This document shows, one piece after another, positions 1-12,554 of a stretch of DNA of 47,091 bases; position 1 is the stretch's first letter, and each line of letters opens with the position of its first letter. Made by a program: the position numbers and the translations under genes. Under the pieces are notes generated by a model that saw only the letters and a program-made list of their open reading frames with translations, did no database searches and was not told the DNA's origin. Source of the DNA: Eledone cirrhosa (Eukaryota); the NCBI GenBank assembly GCA_964016885.1, contig CAXHJY010001539.1, positions 1 to 47,091 of the forward strand, written 5' to 3'.

Positions 1-885
1 GGGGGTGAGGTGTGGGGGAGGGTGGCGTGCGGTGTGGTGGTGAGGGGGGTGATGGTGAAGACGGGGTGAGGTGTGGGGGAGGGTGATGTTAGGTGTGGTG
101 GTGAGGGGCTGATGGGGGGGGGGGGGATAGTTTGAATATGCTGTTTACTACTGTTGTTGTTGCTGTTACTGTTGCTGTTGCTCTTGCTGTTGTTGCTGTT
201 ATTGTTGCTGTTGTTGTTGCTGTTGCTCATATTGTTGTTGTTGCTGTGCTGTTGTAGTTGCTGATGTTGTTGCAGTTGTTGTTATAGCTGTTATTATTGT
301 TGTTGCTGTTGTTGTCATTTCATTGCTGCTGTTGTTATTGTGGGAGTTTTTGTTATTGTTGTTGCTGTTAGTGTTCTTGGTGCCGTTGTTGGTGCTGTTG
401 TTGTCATAGCAGTTATTGTTGTTGCTGCTGTTGTTGTTGTTGTTGTTGTTGCTATTGTTATACGGGTGACATCGACCATTGTAAACACAAGACATGGGAA
501 TTGTGTGAAAGGGGGAGGGGGCAGGTGAGGACAAGGGGGGGAGGTTACTACTGTTGAGAAGTCAATAAGTGAACGATTGAAATTTGAATTGAATTGAATG
601 ACATGGTGATGGTGATGGGGGGGGGTGTAATGGTGGTGGTGGTGGTGGTGTTGGTGGTGATGATGGTGATGGTGGTGATGGTGTGGGGGGGGCTTTTGGG
701 TGATGTGGTGGTAGTCTGAGTGGGGGTTGGTGATGTGGCGGTGGTCTGAGTGGCGGGTGATGGTGTGATGGGGGTGGTGGAGTGGTGTAGGTGTTATAGT
801 GAGGAGATTTTGGATGAAGTTAACTACAAAGAGGTGAGGACAACAGACAGATATATAAATATGTATGTATATAAATACACACACG

Positions 886-926
<41 letters not shown>

Positions 927-930
<4 letters not shown>

Positions 931-1088
931 AGAGTCAGGACCCCGACGGCTGAGCTCCGGTCGTTTCGACAGCTAGATCCGAACAGACCTAGCTGTCGAA
1001 ACGGCCGGAGCTCAGCCGTCGGGGTCCTGACTCTTTTCCTATTACCAACTCTACTACCCTAAGTATTGAGTACTCTGGTGCGTTATGG
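927..1088. mobile_element. 50-bp GC-rich inverted repeat (927-976 / 989-1038) plus a conserved tail; dispersed family
   Basis: Related copies at 31310-31369 and 37198-37338 (the latter with the same tail ctactaccctaagtattgagtactctggtgcgttatgg). Tail fragments at ~27964-27990 and ~46541-46562. Confidence 0.75.
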
Positions 1089-1464
1089 AGAGAGAGGGGG
1101 AGAGAAAGACAGAGAGAGAGAGAGGGTGAGAGCGAGAGAGAGAGGGGGGAAGTGAGAGAGAGAGTGTGAGTAAGTGAGAAAGAGAGAGAGAGAGAGAGAG
1201 TGAAAGAGGGGGAAAGAGAAAGAGATTGCGCGGGGGAGAGAGAGAAGAGAGAGTGAGTGAGAGAAAGAGAGGGAGAGAGAAAGAGAGAGAGTGAGTGAGA
1301 GAGAGTGAGTGAGTGAGTGAGAGAGAGAAAGAGGGAGAGAGAAGAGAGAAGAGAGAAGAGAGAGACAGATAGACAGGTAGATAATAAGACAGACTGAAAG
1401 GAGAGACTGAGAATGGTACAGAATAGGGGGAGGGAGAGTCTAACCACCACCCCCGCATCCTCCC

Positions 1465-2685
1465 ACCACTACCACCACCACCCTAGACCACGGTACACAC
1501 ATACATAACCCCCTATATCATCACCACTATCACAACAACATCCTCAACCACTACCACCACCATTACTACCACTACCTCAATTAACTCTTCCACCACCACC
1601 ACCACCACCACTACTACCACCACCAACACCACCACCATCACCACCACCACTACCACTACCACCTCCACTACTGTACCACTACCACCACTTCTACCACCAC
1701 CACCACCACTACCACTACACCTACCATTACCACCACCACCACTACCACTACCACTACCACCACCACTACTCTATCACTACCACCACTACTACCACCACCG
1801 CCACCACCACTACCACTACACCTACCATTACCACCACCACTACCACCACCACTACTCTACCACTACCACCACTACTACTACCACCACCACCACCACTACC
1901 ATTACACCTACCATTACCACCACCACCACTACTACTACTCCTACCATTACACCACCAATACCACTACCACCACCACTACTCTACCACTACCACCACCACC
2001 ACTAACACAATTACCACCACTACCAATACCACCACTACCACTACCACTACCACTACCTCTACCACAACTACATCCTCAACCACTACCACTACCACTACCA
2101 CAACCACTACCACTACCACTACCACTACCACAACCACTACCTCTACCACAACTACATCCTCAACCACTACCACTACCACTACCACTACCACTACCACAAC
2201 CACTACCACTACCACTACCACAACCACTACCTCTACCACAACTACATCCTCAACCACTACCACTACCACAACCACTACCACTACCACAACCACTACCTCT
2301 ACCACAACTACATCCTCAACCACTACCACTACCACTACCACAACCACTACCACTACCACAACTACATCCTCAACCACTACCACTACCACAACCACTACCA
2401 CTACCACTACCACTACCACTACCTCTACCACAACTACACCCTCAACCACTACCACTACCACTACTACAACCACTACCACAACCACTACCACTACTACCAC
2501 AACTACATCCTCAACCACTACCACTACCACTACTACAACCACTACCACTACCACTACCACTACCTCTACCACAACTACACCCTCAACCACTACCACTACC
2601 ACTACTACAACCACTACCACAACCACTACCATTACTACCACAACTACATCCTCAACCACTACCACTACTACCACTACAACCACCA
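1465..2685. repeat. (ACC/ACT)n tract with a higher-order module
   Basis: cctctaccacaactacatcctcaaccactacc recurs between runs of accact. Confidence 0.9.
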
Positions 2686-2915
2686 ATAGATGCCGAACCA
2701 AAAATCAACAGTGGAAGCCATTACCAATAGAGGCGGAAGGGGGGAGCGAGAAGACCATTGAGAAAAAATTGTTTATGCAGCTGTTGTCACACCATATACA
2801 CTCACTATATACACCTATCACATATACACCTATCATACACACCCACTATATACACTCGCTATATAATAACCTCGCCGTTTTTCTTTTCTCTTTCTTTCTC
2901 CCCCCTCCCCTCTCA

Positions 2916-3028
<113 letters not shown>

Positions 3029-3179
3029 TATATATATGTTTATGATGATCATCATCATCATAGTGATGATGATGATGATAGTGGAAGCCTCATTGTCATC
3101 GTTTTTGTTAGACATGGGCTGGGCCAATACTGGCCGAAACCTATCAAAGTTATATCAAAGTTATATATATATACACATT

Positions 3180-3271
<92 letters not shown>

Positions 3272-3580
3272 GGAAAGAAGGTTGACATGGTTTGCTATAC
3301 AAAAAAGGTTTTTAATCTCATAGCTGACAATTGTTTCTCTGGAATACCATAACTGGACTATACCTAAGTGGACTGCATTTAACTATTATTTGTTACCCCG
3401 TATATATATATATATATATGTATGTATGTGTCTGTGTGTGTGTGTGTGAGTGTGAAAAATTACAAACCCTCCATCTCAACTTTTGAAAAGCACAAGAACT
3501 GCGAAACCGGTAAAGGAACCAAATAAATATATATTTAAAAAAAAAAGACTTCAGTTGCATTTTCGATTTCATCTTTTTTT

Positions 3581-3617
<37 letters not shown>

Positions 3618-3676
3618 CCCTACATATTTATAATTATATATAAACCATATATAAGTATAGATATTATTATTATTAC

Positions 3677-3927
3677 TAATGCACTGGATAATTGCTGGCC
3701 TTGTGCCTAAAGTAGAAACAATTATTACTATATATGGTGGATTGGCAGTATCGGTAGAGGGTCGGACGCCATGCTTTCACGCATAGAGTTACGGCCCTTG
3801 CCATTCTGAGTTCAAATCCCGCCGAGATTAACTTTGCCTTTCATCCTTACGGGGTCGATAAAATAAAGTACCAGTAATACACTGGGTAATTGCTGGCCTT
3901 GTGCCAAAAGTAGAAACAATTATTATT
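3677..3927 (+). mobile_element. tRNA-derived SINE (octopod-type, short variant) preceded by a tail fragment
   Basis: A box tggcagtatcgg, B box gagttcaaatccc, core gcctttcatccttacggggtcgataaaataaagtaccag, tail ggccttgtgccaaaagtagaaacaattatt. Confidence 0.85.
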
Positions 3928-3928
3928 A

Positions 3929-3962
<34 letters not shown>

Positions 3963-4181
3963 TAATATTGTCTAGGGTCCTGAAACCTTTGGTAATGGAG
4001 TAGTTATATATTGTGTTCATTTTCTAATTAAATAGCTCTGTTTTATACATAGAGCACTCTTTTTTCCTTTGCAATTTTCTTCGGAAATACTTAACATATA
4101 TATATAATGCGAAGAAATACCTATGATGGCTAGTAGATCATTGATGATGGATAGTCCTATTTCTAATTCTTCATTTTAATT

Positions 4182-4232
<51 letters not shown>

Positions 4233-4380
4233 TAATAATAATAAATGTGTAGACTAAAATCCAAAGAGGGTTCGATAAGGATAAATATATATCAAATATA
4301 TAAGAACCCTAGAGCAAATATTTATTAAAATAAGTTTAAGCAAAGAATCGCTGCTTTCACCCTTAACGGGACCTGAAACT
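4233..4380. repeat. Dispersed AT-rich repeat family
   Basis: Inverted copy at 42022-42182, a rearranged copy at 14120-14215 and a fragment at 43376-43414. Confidence 0.75.
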
Positions 4381-4487
4381 AAAAAAATCAATCTGTGAAT
4401 ATACAGAGAGTGGGATTAGCTCAGTGCACAGTCTTTCCTCACTTTAAAAATATCTTCACGCACAGGCATTGCACGATGGAATTAATT

Positions 4488-4590
4488 AATTGTTTCTACT
4501 TTAGGCACAAGGCCAGCATTTATCCAGTGCATTACTGGTACTTTATTTTATCGACCCCGTAAGGATGAAAGGCAAAGTTAACCTCGATGG
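4488..4590 (-). mobile_element. 5'-truncated copy of the same SINE
   Basis: Reverse complement of the core and tail. Confidence 0.8.
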
Positions 4591-5148
4591 AATTAATTAA
4601 TAATTATTAATAATGGCATATCGTGCAATGGCCATACTCGATAACGAGAGGGCAGCCATCATGTATATGTATGTAGTCTTCTGTTTCAAATAATCCAACA
4701 ACGCCGTACGCTGTACCCACAACTCACAATAAGGACACTCTGTTGGTCTTGAACTCTCAAATATATCCCCCCCCCCCACTCTCTCTCTCGCTCCCTCTCT
4801 ATCTCTTTCCCTCTCTCTCTTTCTCTCTCTATCTATCTCACTCTCTCCCTCTCTCTCTGTCTTTCTATCTTTATCTCACTACATTTATTCCCGTTTCTCG
4901 TAGTTTTCTCGCCCTTCATCTCCACCTCAGTCATTCATTCCCCCTCCTCCGACTCTCCCCTCTCCTACTACCACCCTCCATGCTCCAACTCCCACCACTC
5001 TCTTCCTTAATTTAATCATCTGTTCTTCTCACCCCCTCCTCTCCTCCACCTCTCTATTATATTCTAATACAAACTTACACACGACATGTTATGATAGTAT
5101 AGTAATCACATGTACATACATACCTTACACACGTTATATATATGTGTA

Positions 5149-5185
<37 letters not shown>

Positions 5186-5187
5186 GT

Positions 5188-5268
<81 letters not shown>

Positions 5269-5330
5269 TACACATATACATATATACACACACACACACA
5301 CATGGCCACCGCCGAAGTACGATCTCGCTG

Positions 5331-5371
<41 letters not shown>

Positions 5372-5379
5372 ACAATATA

Positions 5380-5819
5380 TTAATAAATGGAAACTATATT
5401 TATAAAACCATACTCATCCCACTATATATACTTCAAGGGCGACCAAGGTAAATTATGGCGCGCTTTCATCAGATAAAATACAGATTTGTTTTATAAATAA
5501 ATATTGACATACCCGGAAAAAAGACAACCTCAACGGTTGAAATTCGCTGGATACTCCACTAAACTGTTGAGTGCTTTATATCAGTTATACAATTTTTTAA
5601 GCTTGTTGAATCCCAACAAATTAAATATAATCTTTGCATATATATATATATATCCTGGAGCTTCCAACAGTAATGGTTGCATTTTTTAAGGGTATGTCAA
5701 TATTTATTTATAAAACTGATATATTTTGTATTTTGTCTGATGAAAGCATACCATAATTTAACGTGGTGTCCTTGAATTATGTATAATAAAATAAATATGG
5801 TTTTATAAATATAGTTTCC
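5380..5819. mobile_element. Older, diverged head-to-head inverted pair of the same family as 29579-29939; hammerhead cores degenerate
   Basis: ggaaactatatttataaaaccat...ttgacatacc (5389-5513) versus ggtatgtcaa...ttataaatatagtttcc (5691-5819). CTGATGA is kept but the GAAA box is mutated. The internal segment resembles 29940-30030. Confidence 0.7.
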
Positions 5820-5870
5820 AAGAGCTCATCCATCGGGCCCCTACTCTTTCTAATATTGTCACACTCTAGT

Positions 5871-6310
5871 ATATATATGAGATGGCTGCAAACTCTGCTA
5901 AGAGTATTGCAATCGTTTGTCAGATTATAGAGTTTGGTGCACTTTTAGGCTACAGCCATCCACACGAACCTGTAACAGATCTTGAACAAGCAATGCCTGT
6001 GCTTTGAAGGTTTTTTTAAAGCGGGGAAAGGCCTTGCACTCGACCAATCCCACTCTCTGAACATCGAAAACACTACCCGAAAAGGAGAACAGGTCAACAT
6101 CATTGGATGCTTCCGAAGCCGCAGGTTTTTTTTTTCAGTTTCGCTCTCCTAGAAAGGTGTTGTGACAACAACTGGAGGCCTTTCACTCCCAGCTGAAAAA
6201 AAAAAAGTACTATTTGGATGGCCGTTGACTCTGCCGAGTTCCTCCGCCCTTTTCCGGGTCTTGTATTTCATCCTGCAGGGTGTCCAAATATCGCCCTTTT
6301 CACCAGAAGA
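5871..6310 (-). mobile_element. Diverged copy of the 23152-23760 family, lacking the zinc-finger remnant
   Basis: Shared ttggaca.cctgcagga, gagtcaa.ggccatccaaa, atccaatgatgttgac, agagagtggga and the terminal gcagccatc. Confidence 0.68.
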
Positions 6311-6651
6311 GCAACCAGAGACAAAGCATGAGTGAGAGCCAAAATAAAATACTAGGGGATGGGGTAAGAATGACACCCAGTTTAACGCCATTTTTTACGA
6401 GCATACATCACACCATACCCCGACTGACATTCACTCATGATTCTATTTCATCGTAAAAGAATTTAGTTATCGATACACACGGGTCTGGAAGAGGGAGCTT
6501 CCAGAATATTTTCCACGAGGAGGCGATATTTCAATGTATGGAAGGCTTTCGTTAGATTAATAAAAATGCAAAATGTAAACAGAAATCACAAAGCAAAATA
6601 CAGAGTAGCACGAAATATATTAGCTTAACGCTTGATGTAGTACGAAGAGAG

Positions 6652-6687
6652 TCTTTACGTTTCGGATACTAGTCCTTCATCAGAAGG
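6652..6687 (-). ncRNA. Minimal type I hammerhead in a dispersed Penelope-like remnant (~6570-6700)
   Basis: Minus strand: ctt-CTGATGA-a-GGA ctagta TCC-GAAA-CGTA-aag, with palindromic stem III ACGT. Degenerate relatives at ~17200-17300, ~24330-24430, ~27190-27250 and ~43310-43380. Confidence 0.7.
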
Positions 6688-6839
6688 TAGGATGAGTAGT
6701 AGAATGAGAAATAAAAGATAGAGAGTGAGAAGAGGAAGGATCAGGGAAAAAATGAAAGAAAAAAACAAACGTGCGTATCATACATATATTTATATACATA
6801 TATATACATATATATTTGTATATATATATATATATATAT

Positions 6840-8517
6840 GAATATAGACATAGAATATTCGAAAATATTCTGTATGTTTATAATAAACATTTTGAAGACC
6901 TAATCGCTATAGAATAGAATACGTCACGTATTACAATTAGATTCTCGATAAAAGCAAGGGAAGTAAGTCTACGCGTTTCATTCTTGTTAGAATTCATCAG
7001 GACTACATATCCAGTGCTTTTATCGAGAATGACACAGCTAGAGACTTATAGAATACTTAGCTGTGTACAGGAACTGGTTTGAAAGAGCGGTTGCCGGTCC
7101 GGCAGAAATTAGAAATTGGAATAAATGCTCTGAAATAGCGATATATATGTGAATATAGACATAGAATATTCGAAAATATTCTGTATGTTTATAATAAACA
7201 TTTTGAAGACCTAATCGCTATAGAATAGAATACGTCACGTATTACAATTAGATTCTCGATAAAAGCAAGGGAAGTAAGTCTACGCGTTTCATTCTTGTTA
7301 GAATTCATCAGGACTACATATCCAGTGCTTTTATCGAGAATGACACAGCTAGAGACTTATAGAATACTTAGCTGTGTACAGGAACTGGTTTGAAAGAGCG
7401 GTTGCCGGTCCGGCAGAAATTAGAAATTGGAATAAATGCTCTGAAATAGCGATATATATGTGAATATAGACATAGAATATTCGAAAATATTCTGTATGTT
7501 TATAATAAACATTTTGAAGACCTAATCGCTATAGAATAGAATACGTCACGTATTACAATTAGATTCTCGATAAAAGCAAGGGAAGTAAGTCTACGCGTTT
7601 CATTCTTGTTAGAATTCATCAGGACTACATATCCAGTGCTTTTATCGAGAATGACACAGCTAGAGACTTATAGAATACTTAGCTGTGTACAGGAACTGGT
7701 TTGAAAGAGCGGTTGCCGGTCCGGCAGAAATTAGAAATTGGAATAAATGCTCTGAAATAGCGATATATATGTGAATATAGACATAGAATATTCGAAAATA
7801 TTCTGTATGTTTATAATAAACATTTTGAAGACCTAATCGCTATAGAATAGAATACGTCACGTATTACAATTAGATTCTCGATAAAAGCAAGGGAAGTAAG
7901 TCTACGCGTTTCATTCTTGTTAGAATTCATCAGGACTACATATCCAGTGCTTTTATCGAGAATGACACAGCTAGAGACTTATAGAATACTTAGCTGTGTA
8001 CAGGAACTGGTTTGAAAGAGCGGTTGCCGGTCCGGCAGAAATTAGAAATTGGAATAAATGCTCTGAAATAGCGATATATATGTGAATATAGACATAGAAT
8101 ATTCGAAAATATTCTGTATGTTTATAATAAACATTTTGAAGACCTAATCGCTATAGAATAGAATACGTCACGTATTACAATTAGATTCTCGATAAAAGCA
8201 AGGGAAGTAAGTCTACGCGTTTCATTCTTGTTAGAATTCATCAGGACTACATATCCAGTGCTTTTATCGAGAATGACACAGCTAGAGACTTATAGAATAC
8301 TTAGCTGTGTACAGGAACTGGTTTGAAAGAGCGGTTGCCGGTCCGGCAGAAATTAGAAATTGGAATAAATGCTCTGAAATAGCGATATATATGTGAATAT
8401 AGACATAGAATATTCGAAAATATTCTGTATGTTTATAATAAACATTTTGAAGACCTAATCGCTATAGAATAGAATACGTCACGTATTACAATTAGATTCT
8501 CGATAAAAGCAAGGGAA
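6840..8517 (-). repeat. Left arm of hammerhead tandem array: ~5.4 x 311-bp units, 5 complete ribozymes on the minus strand
   Basis: Unit starts (gaatatagac) at 6840, 7151, 7462, 7773, 8084, 8395. tcatcag (reverse complement of CTGATGA) at 6994, 7305, 7616, 7927, 8238. Confidence 0.95.
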
Positions 8518-11500
8518 TGAAACGCGTAGACTTACTTCCCTTGCTTTTATCGAGAATCTAATTGTAATACGTGACGTATTCTATTCTATAGCGATTAGGT
8601 CTTCAAAATGTTTATTATAAACATACAGAATATTTTCGAATATTCTATGTCTATATTCACATATATATCGCTATTTCAGAGCATTTATTCCAATTTCTAA
8701 TTTCTGCCGGACCGGCAACCGCTCTTTCAAACCAGTTCCTGTACACAGCTAAGTATTCTATAAGTCTCTAGCTGTGTCATTCTCGATAAAAGCACTGGAT
8801 ATGTAGTCCTGATGAATTCTAACAAGAATGAAACGCGTAGACTTACTTCCCTTGCTTTTATCGAGAATCTAATTGTAATACGTGACGTATTCTATTCTAT
8901 AGCGATTAGGTCTTCAAAATGTTTATTATAAACATACAGAATATTTTCGAATATTCTATGTCTATATTCACATATATATCGCTATTTCAGAGCATTTATT
9001 CCAATTTCTAATTTCTGCCGGACCGGCAACCGCTCTTTCAAACCAGTTCCTGTACACAGCTAAGTATTCTATAAGTCTCTAGCTGTGTCATTCTCGATAA
9101 AAGCACTGGATATGTAGTCCTGATGAATTCTAACAAGAATGAAACGCGTAGACTTACTTCCCTTGCTTTTATCGAGAATCTAATTGTAATACGTGACGTA
9201 TTCTATTCTATAGCGATTAGGTCTTCAAAATGTTTATTATAAACATACAGAATATTTTCGAATATTCTATGTCTATATTCACATATATATCGCTATTTCA
9301 GAGCATTTATTCCAATTTCTAATTTCTGCCGGACCGGCAACCGCTCTTTCAAACCAGTTCCTGTACACAGCTAAGTATTCTATAAGTCTCTAGCTGTGTC
9401 ATTCTCGATAAAAGCACTGGATATGTAGTCCTGATGAATTCTAACAAGAATGAAACGCGTAGACTTACTTCCCTTGCTTTTATCGAGAATCTAATTGTAA
9501 TACGTGACGTATTCTATTCTATAGCGATTAGGTCTTCAAAATGTTTATTATAAACATACAGAATATTTTCGAATATTCTATGTCTATATTCACATATATA
9601 TCGCTATTTCAGAGCATTTATTCCAATTTCTAATTTCTGCCGGACCGGCAACCGCTCTTTCAAACCAGTTCCTGTACACAGCTAAGTATTCTATAAGTCT
9701 CTAGCTGTGTCATTCTCGATAAAAGCACTGGATATGTAGTCCTGATGAATTCTAACAAGAATGAAACGCGTAGACTTACTTCCCTTGCTTTTATCGAGAA
9801 TCTAATTGTAATACGTGACGTATTCTATTCTATAGCGATTAGGTCTTCAAAATGTTTATTATAAACATACAGAATATTTTCGAATATTCTATGTCTATAT
9901 TCACATATATATCGCTATTTCAGAGCATTTATTCCAATTTCTAATTTCTGCCGGACCGGCAACCGCTCTTTCAAACCAGTTCCTGTACACAGCTAAGTAT
10001 TCTATAAGTCTCTAGCTGTGTCATTCTCGATAAAAGCACTGGATATGTAGTCCTGATGAATTCTAACAAGAATGAAACGCGTAGACTTACTTCCCTTGCT
10101 TTTATCGAGAATCTAATTGTAATACGTGACGTATTCTATTCTATAGCGATTAGGTCTTCAAAATGTTTATTATAAACATACAGAATATTTTCGAATATTC
10201 TATGTCTATATTCACATATATATCGCTATTTCAGAGCATTTATTCCAATTTCTAATTTCTGCCGGACCGGCAACCGCTCTTTCAAACCAGTTCCTGTACA
10301 CAGCTAAGTATTCTATAAGTCTCTAGCTGTGTCATTCTCGATAAAAGCACTGGATATGTAGTCCTGATGAATTCTAACAAGAATGAAACGCGTAGACTTA
10401 CTTCCCTTGCTTTTATCGAGAATCTAATTGTAATACGTGACGTATTCTATTCTATAGCGATTAGGTCTTCAAAATGTTTATTATAAACATACAGAATATT
10501 TTCGAATATTCTATGTCTATATTCACATATATATCGCTATTTCAGAGCATTTATTCCAATTTCTAATTTCTGCCGGACCGGCAACCGCTCTTTCAAACCA
10601 GTTCCTGTACACAGCTAAGTATTCTATAAGTCTCTAGCTGTGTCATTCTCGATAAAAGCACTGGATATGTAGTCCTGATGAATTCTAACAAGAATGAAAC
10701 GCGTAGACTTACTTCCCTTGCTTTTATCGAGAATCTAATTGTAATACGTGACGTATTCTATTCTATAGCGATTAGGTCTTCAAAATGTTTATTATAAACA
10801 TACAGAATATTTTCGAATATTCTATGTCTATATTCACATATATATCGCTATTTCAGAGCATTTATTCCAATTTCTAATTTCTGCCGGACCGGCAACCGCT
10901 CTTTCAAACCAGTTCCTGTACACAGCTAAGTATTCTATAAGTCTCTAGCTGTGTCATTCTCGATAAAAGCACTGGATATGTAGTCCTGATGAATTCTAAC
11001 AAGAATGAAACGCGTAGACTTACTTCCCTTGCTTTTATCGAGAATCTAATTGTAATACGTGACGTATTCTATTCTATAGCGATTAGGTCTTCAAAATGTT
11101 TATTATAAACATACAGAATATTTTCGAATATTCTATGTCTATATTCACATATATATCGCTATTTCAGAGCATTTATTCCAATTTCTAATTTCTGCCGGAC
11201 CGGCAACCGCTCTTTCAAACCAGTTCCTGTACACAGCTAAGTATTCTATAAGTCTCTAGCTGTGTCATTCTCGATAAAAGCACTGGATATGTAGTCCTGA
11301 TGAATTCTAACAAGAATGAAACGCGTAGACTTACTTCCCTTGCTTTTATCGAGAATCTAATTGTAATACGTGACGTATTCTATTCTATAGCGATTAGGTC
11401 TTCAAAATGTTTATTATAAACATACAGAATATTTTCGAATATTCTATGTCTATATTCACATATATATCGCTATTTCAGAGCATTTATTCCAATTTCTAAT

Positions 11501-12109
11501 TTCTGCCGGACCGGCAACCGCTCTTTCAAACCAGTTCCTGTACACAGCTAAGTATTCTATAAGTCTCTAGCTGTGTCATTCTCGATAAAAGCACTGGATA
11601 TGTAGTCCTGATGAATTCTAACAAGAATGAAACGCGTAGACTTACTTCCCTTGCTTTTATCGAGAATCTAATTGTAATACGTGACGTATTCTATTCTATA
11701 GCGATTAGGTCTTCAAAATGTTTATTATAAACATACAGAATATTTTCGAATATTCTATGTCTATATTCACATATATATCGCTATTTCAGAGCATTTATTC
11801 CAATTTCTAATTTCTGCCGGACCGGCAACCGCTCTTTCAAACCAGTTCCTGTACACAGCTAAGTATTCTATAAGTCTCTAGCTGTGTCATTCTCGATAAA
11901 AGCACTGGATATGTAGTCCTGATGAATTCTAACAAGAATGAAACGCGTAGACTTACTTCCCTTGCTTTTATCGAGAATCTAATTGTAATACGTGACGTAT
12001 TCTATTCTATAGCGATTAGGTCTTCAAAATGTTTATTATAAACATACAGAATATTTTCGAATATTCTATGTCTATATTCACATATATATCGCTATTTCAG
12101 AGCATTTAT

Positions 12110-12115
<6 letters not shown>
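8515..12115 (+). repeat. Right arm of hammerhead tandem array: ~11.6 x 311-bp units, 11 complete ribozymes on the plus strand
   Basis: Reverse complement of the left-arm unit. CTGATGA at 8809 and every 311 bp to 11919. Ends in (AT)n. Confidence 0.95.
8779..8868 (+). ncRNA. Type I hammerhead ribozyme (representative array copy), predicted cleavage after GUA at 8839
   Basis: gtagtc-CTGATGA-ATTCT aaca AGAAT-GAAA-C GC GTA-gacttac. Stem I agtc/gact, 5-bp stem II, palindromic stem III ACGCGT. Stem I is extended by a 16-bp helix, 8779-8794/8853-8868. Confidence 0.88.
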
Positions 12116-12167
<52 letters not shown>

Positions 12168-12320
12168 AGAAATATATGTATGTATATAGAAATAGGTAGG
12201 TGCGGAAATATATAGAGAGAAAGAAAAAAAGGGACAGAGATAAATACATAGACATATGCACGTGTCTGTGCTCCAGTCCTTCACACGATAAATCTGTGTC
12301 AACATTCATCCTTTCTTTCA

Positions 12321-12353
<33 letters not shown>

Positions 12354-12370
12354 CACACACACTAAATATA

Positions 12371-12423
<53 letters not shown>

Positions 12424-12442
12424 CACACACACTAAATATAAA

Positions 12443-12477
<35 letters not shown>

Positions 12478-12498
12478 CATACACACACACTAAATATA

Positions 12499-12554
<56 letters not shown>

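Noticed and set aside
315-896. His-rich minus-strand ORF as the TLX hinge
   Set aside because: It is low complexity, shows no nuclear-receptor motifs and has no convincing exon boundaries.
3736-3822. tRNA genes
   Set aside because: The A/B boxes belong to SINE heads and there is no complete cloverleaf.
6840-12115. CRISPR-like array or protein-coding repeat
   Set aside because: The units are contiguous with no unique spacers, there are no cas genes or long ORFs, and the context is eukaryotic.
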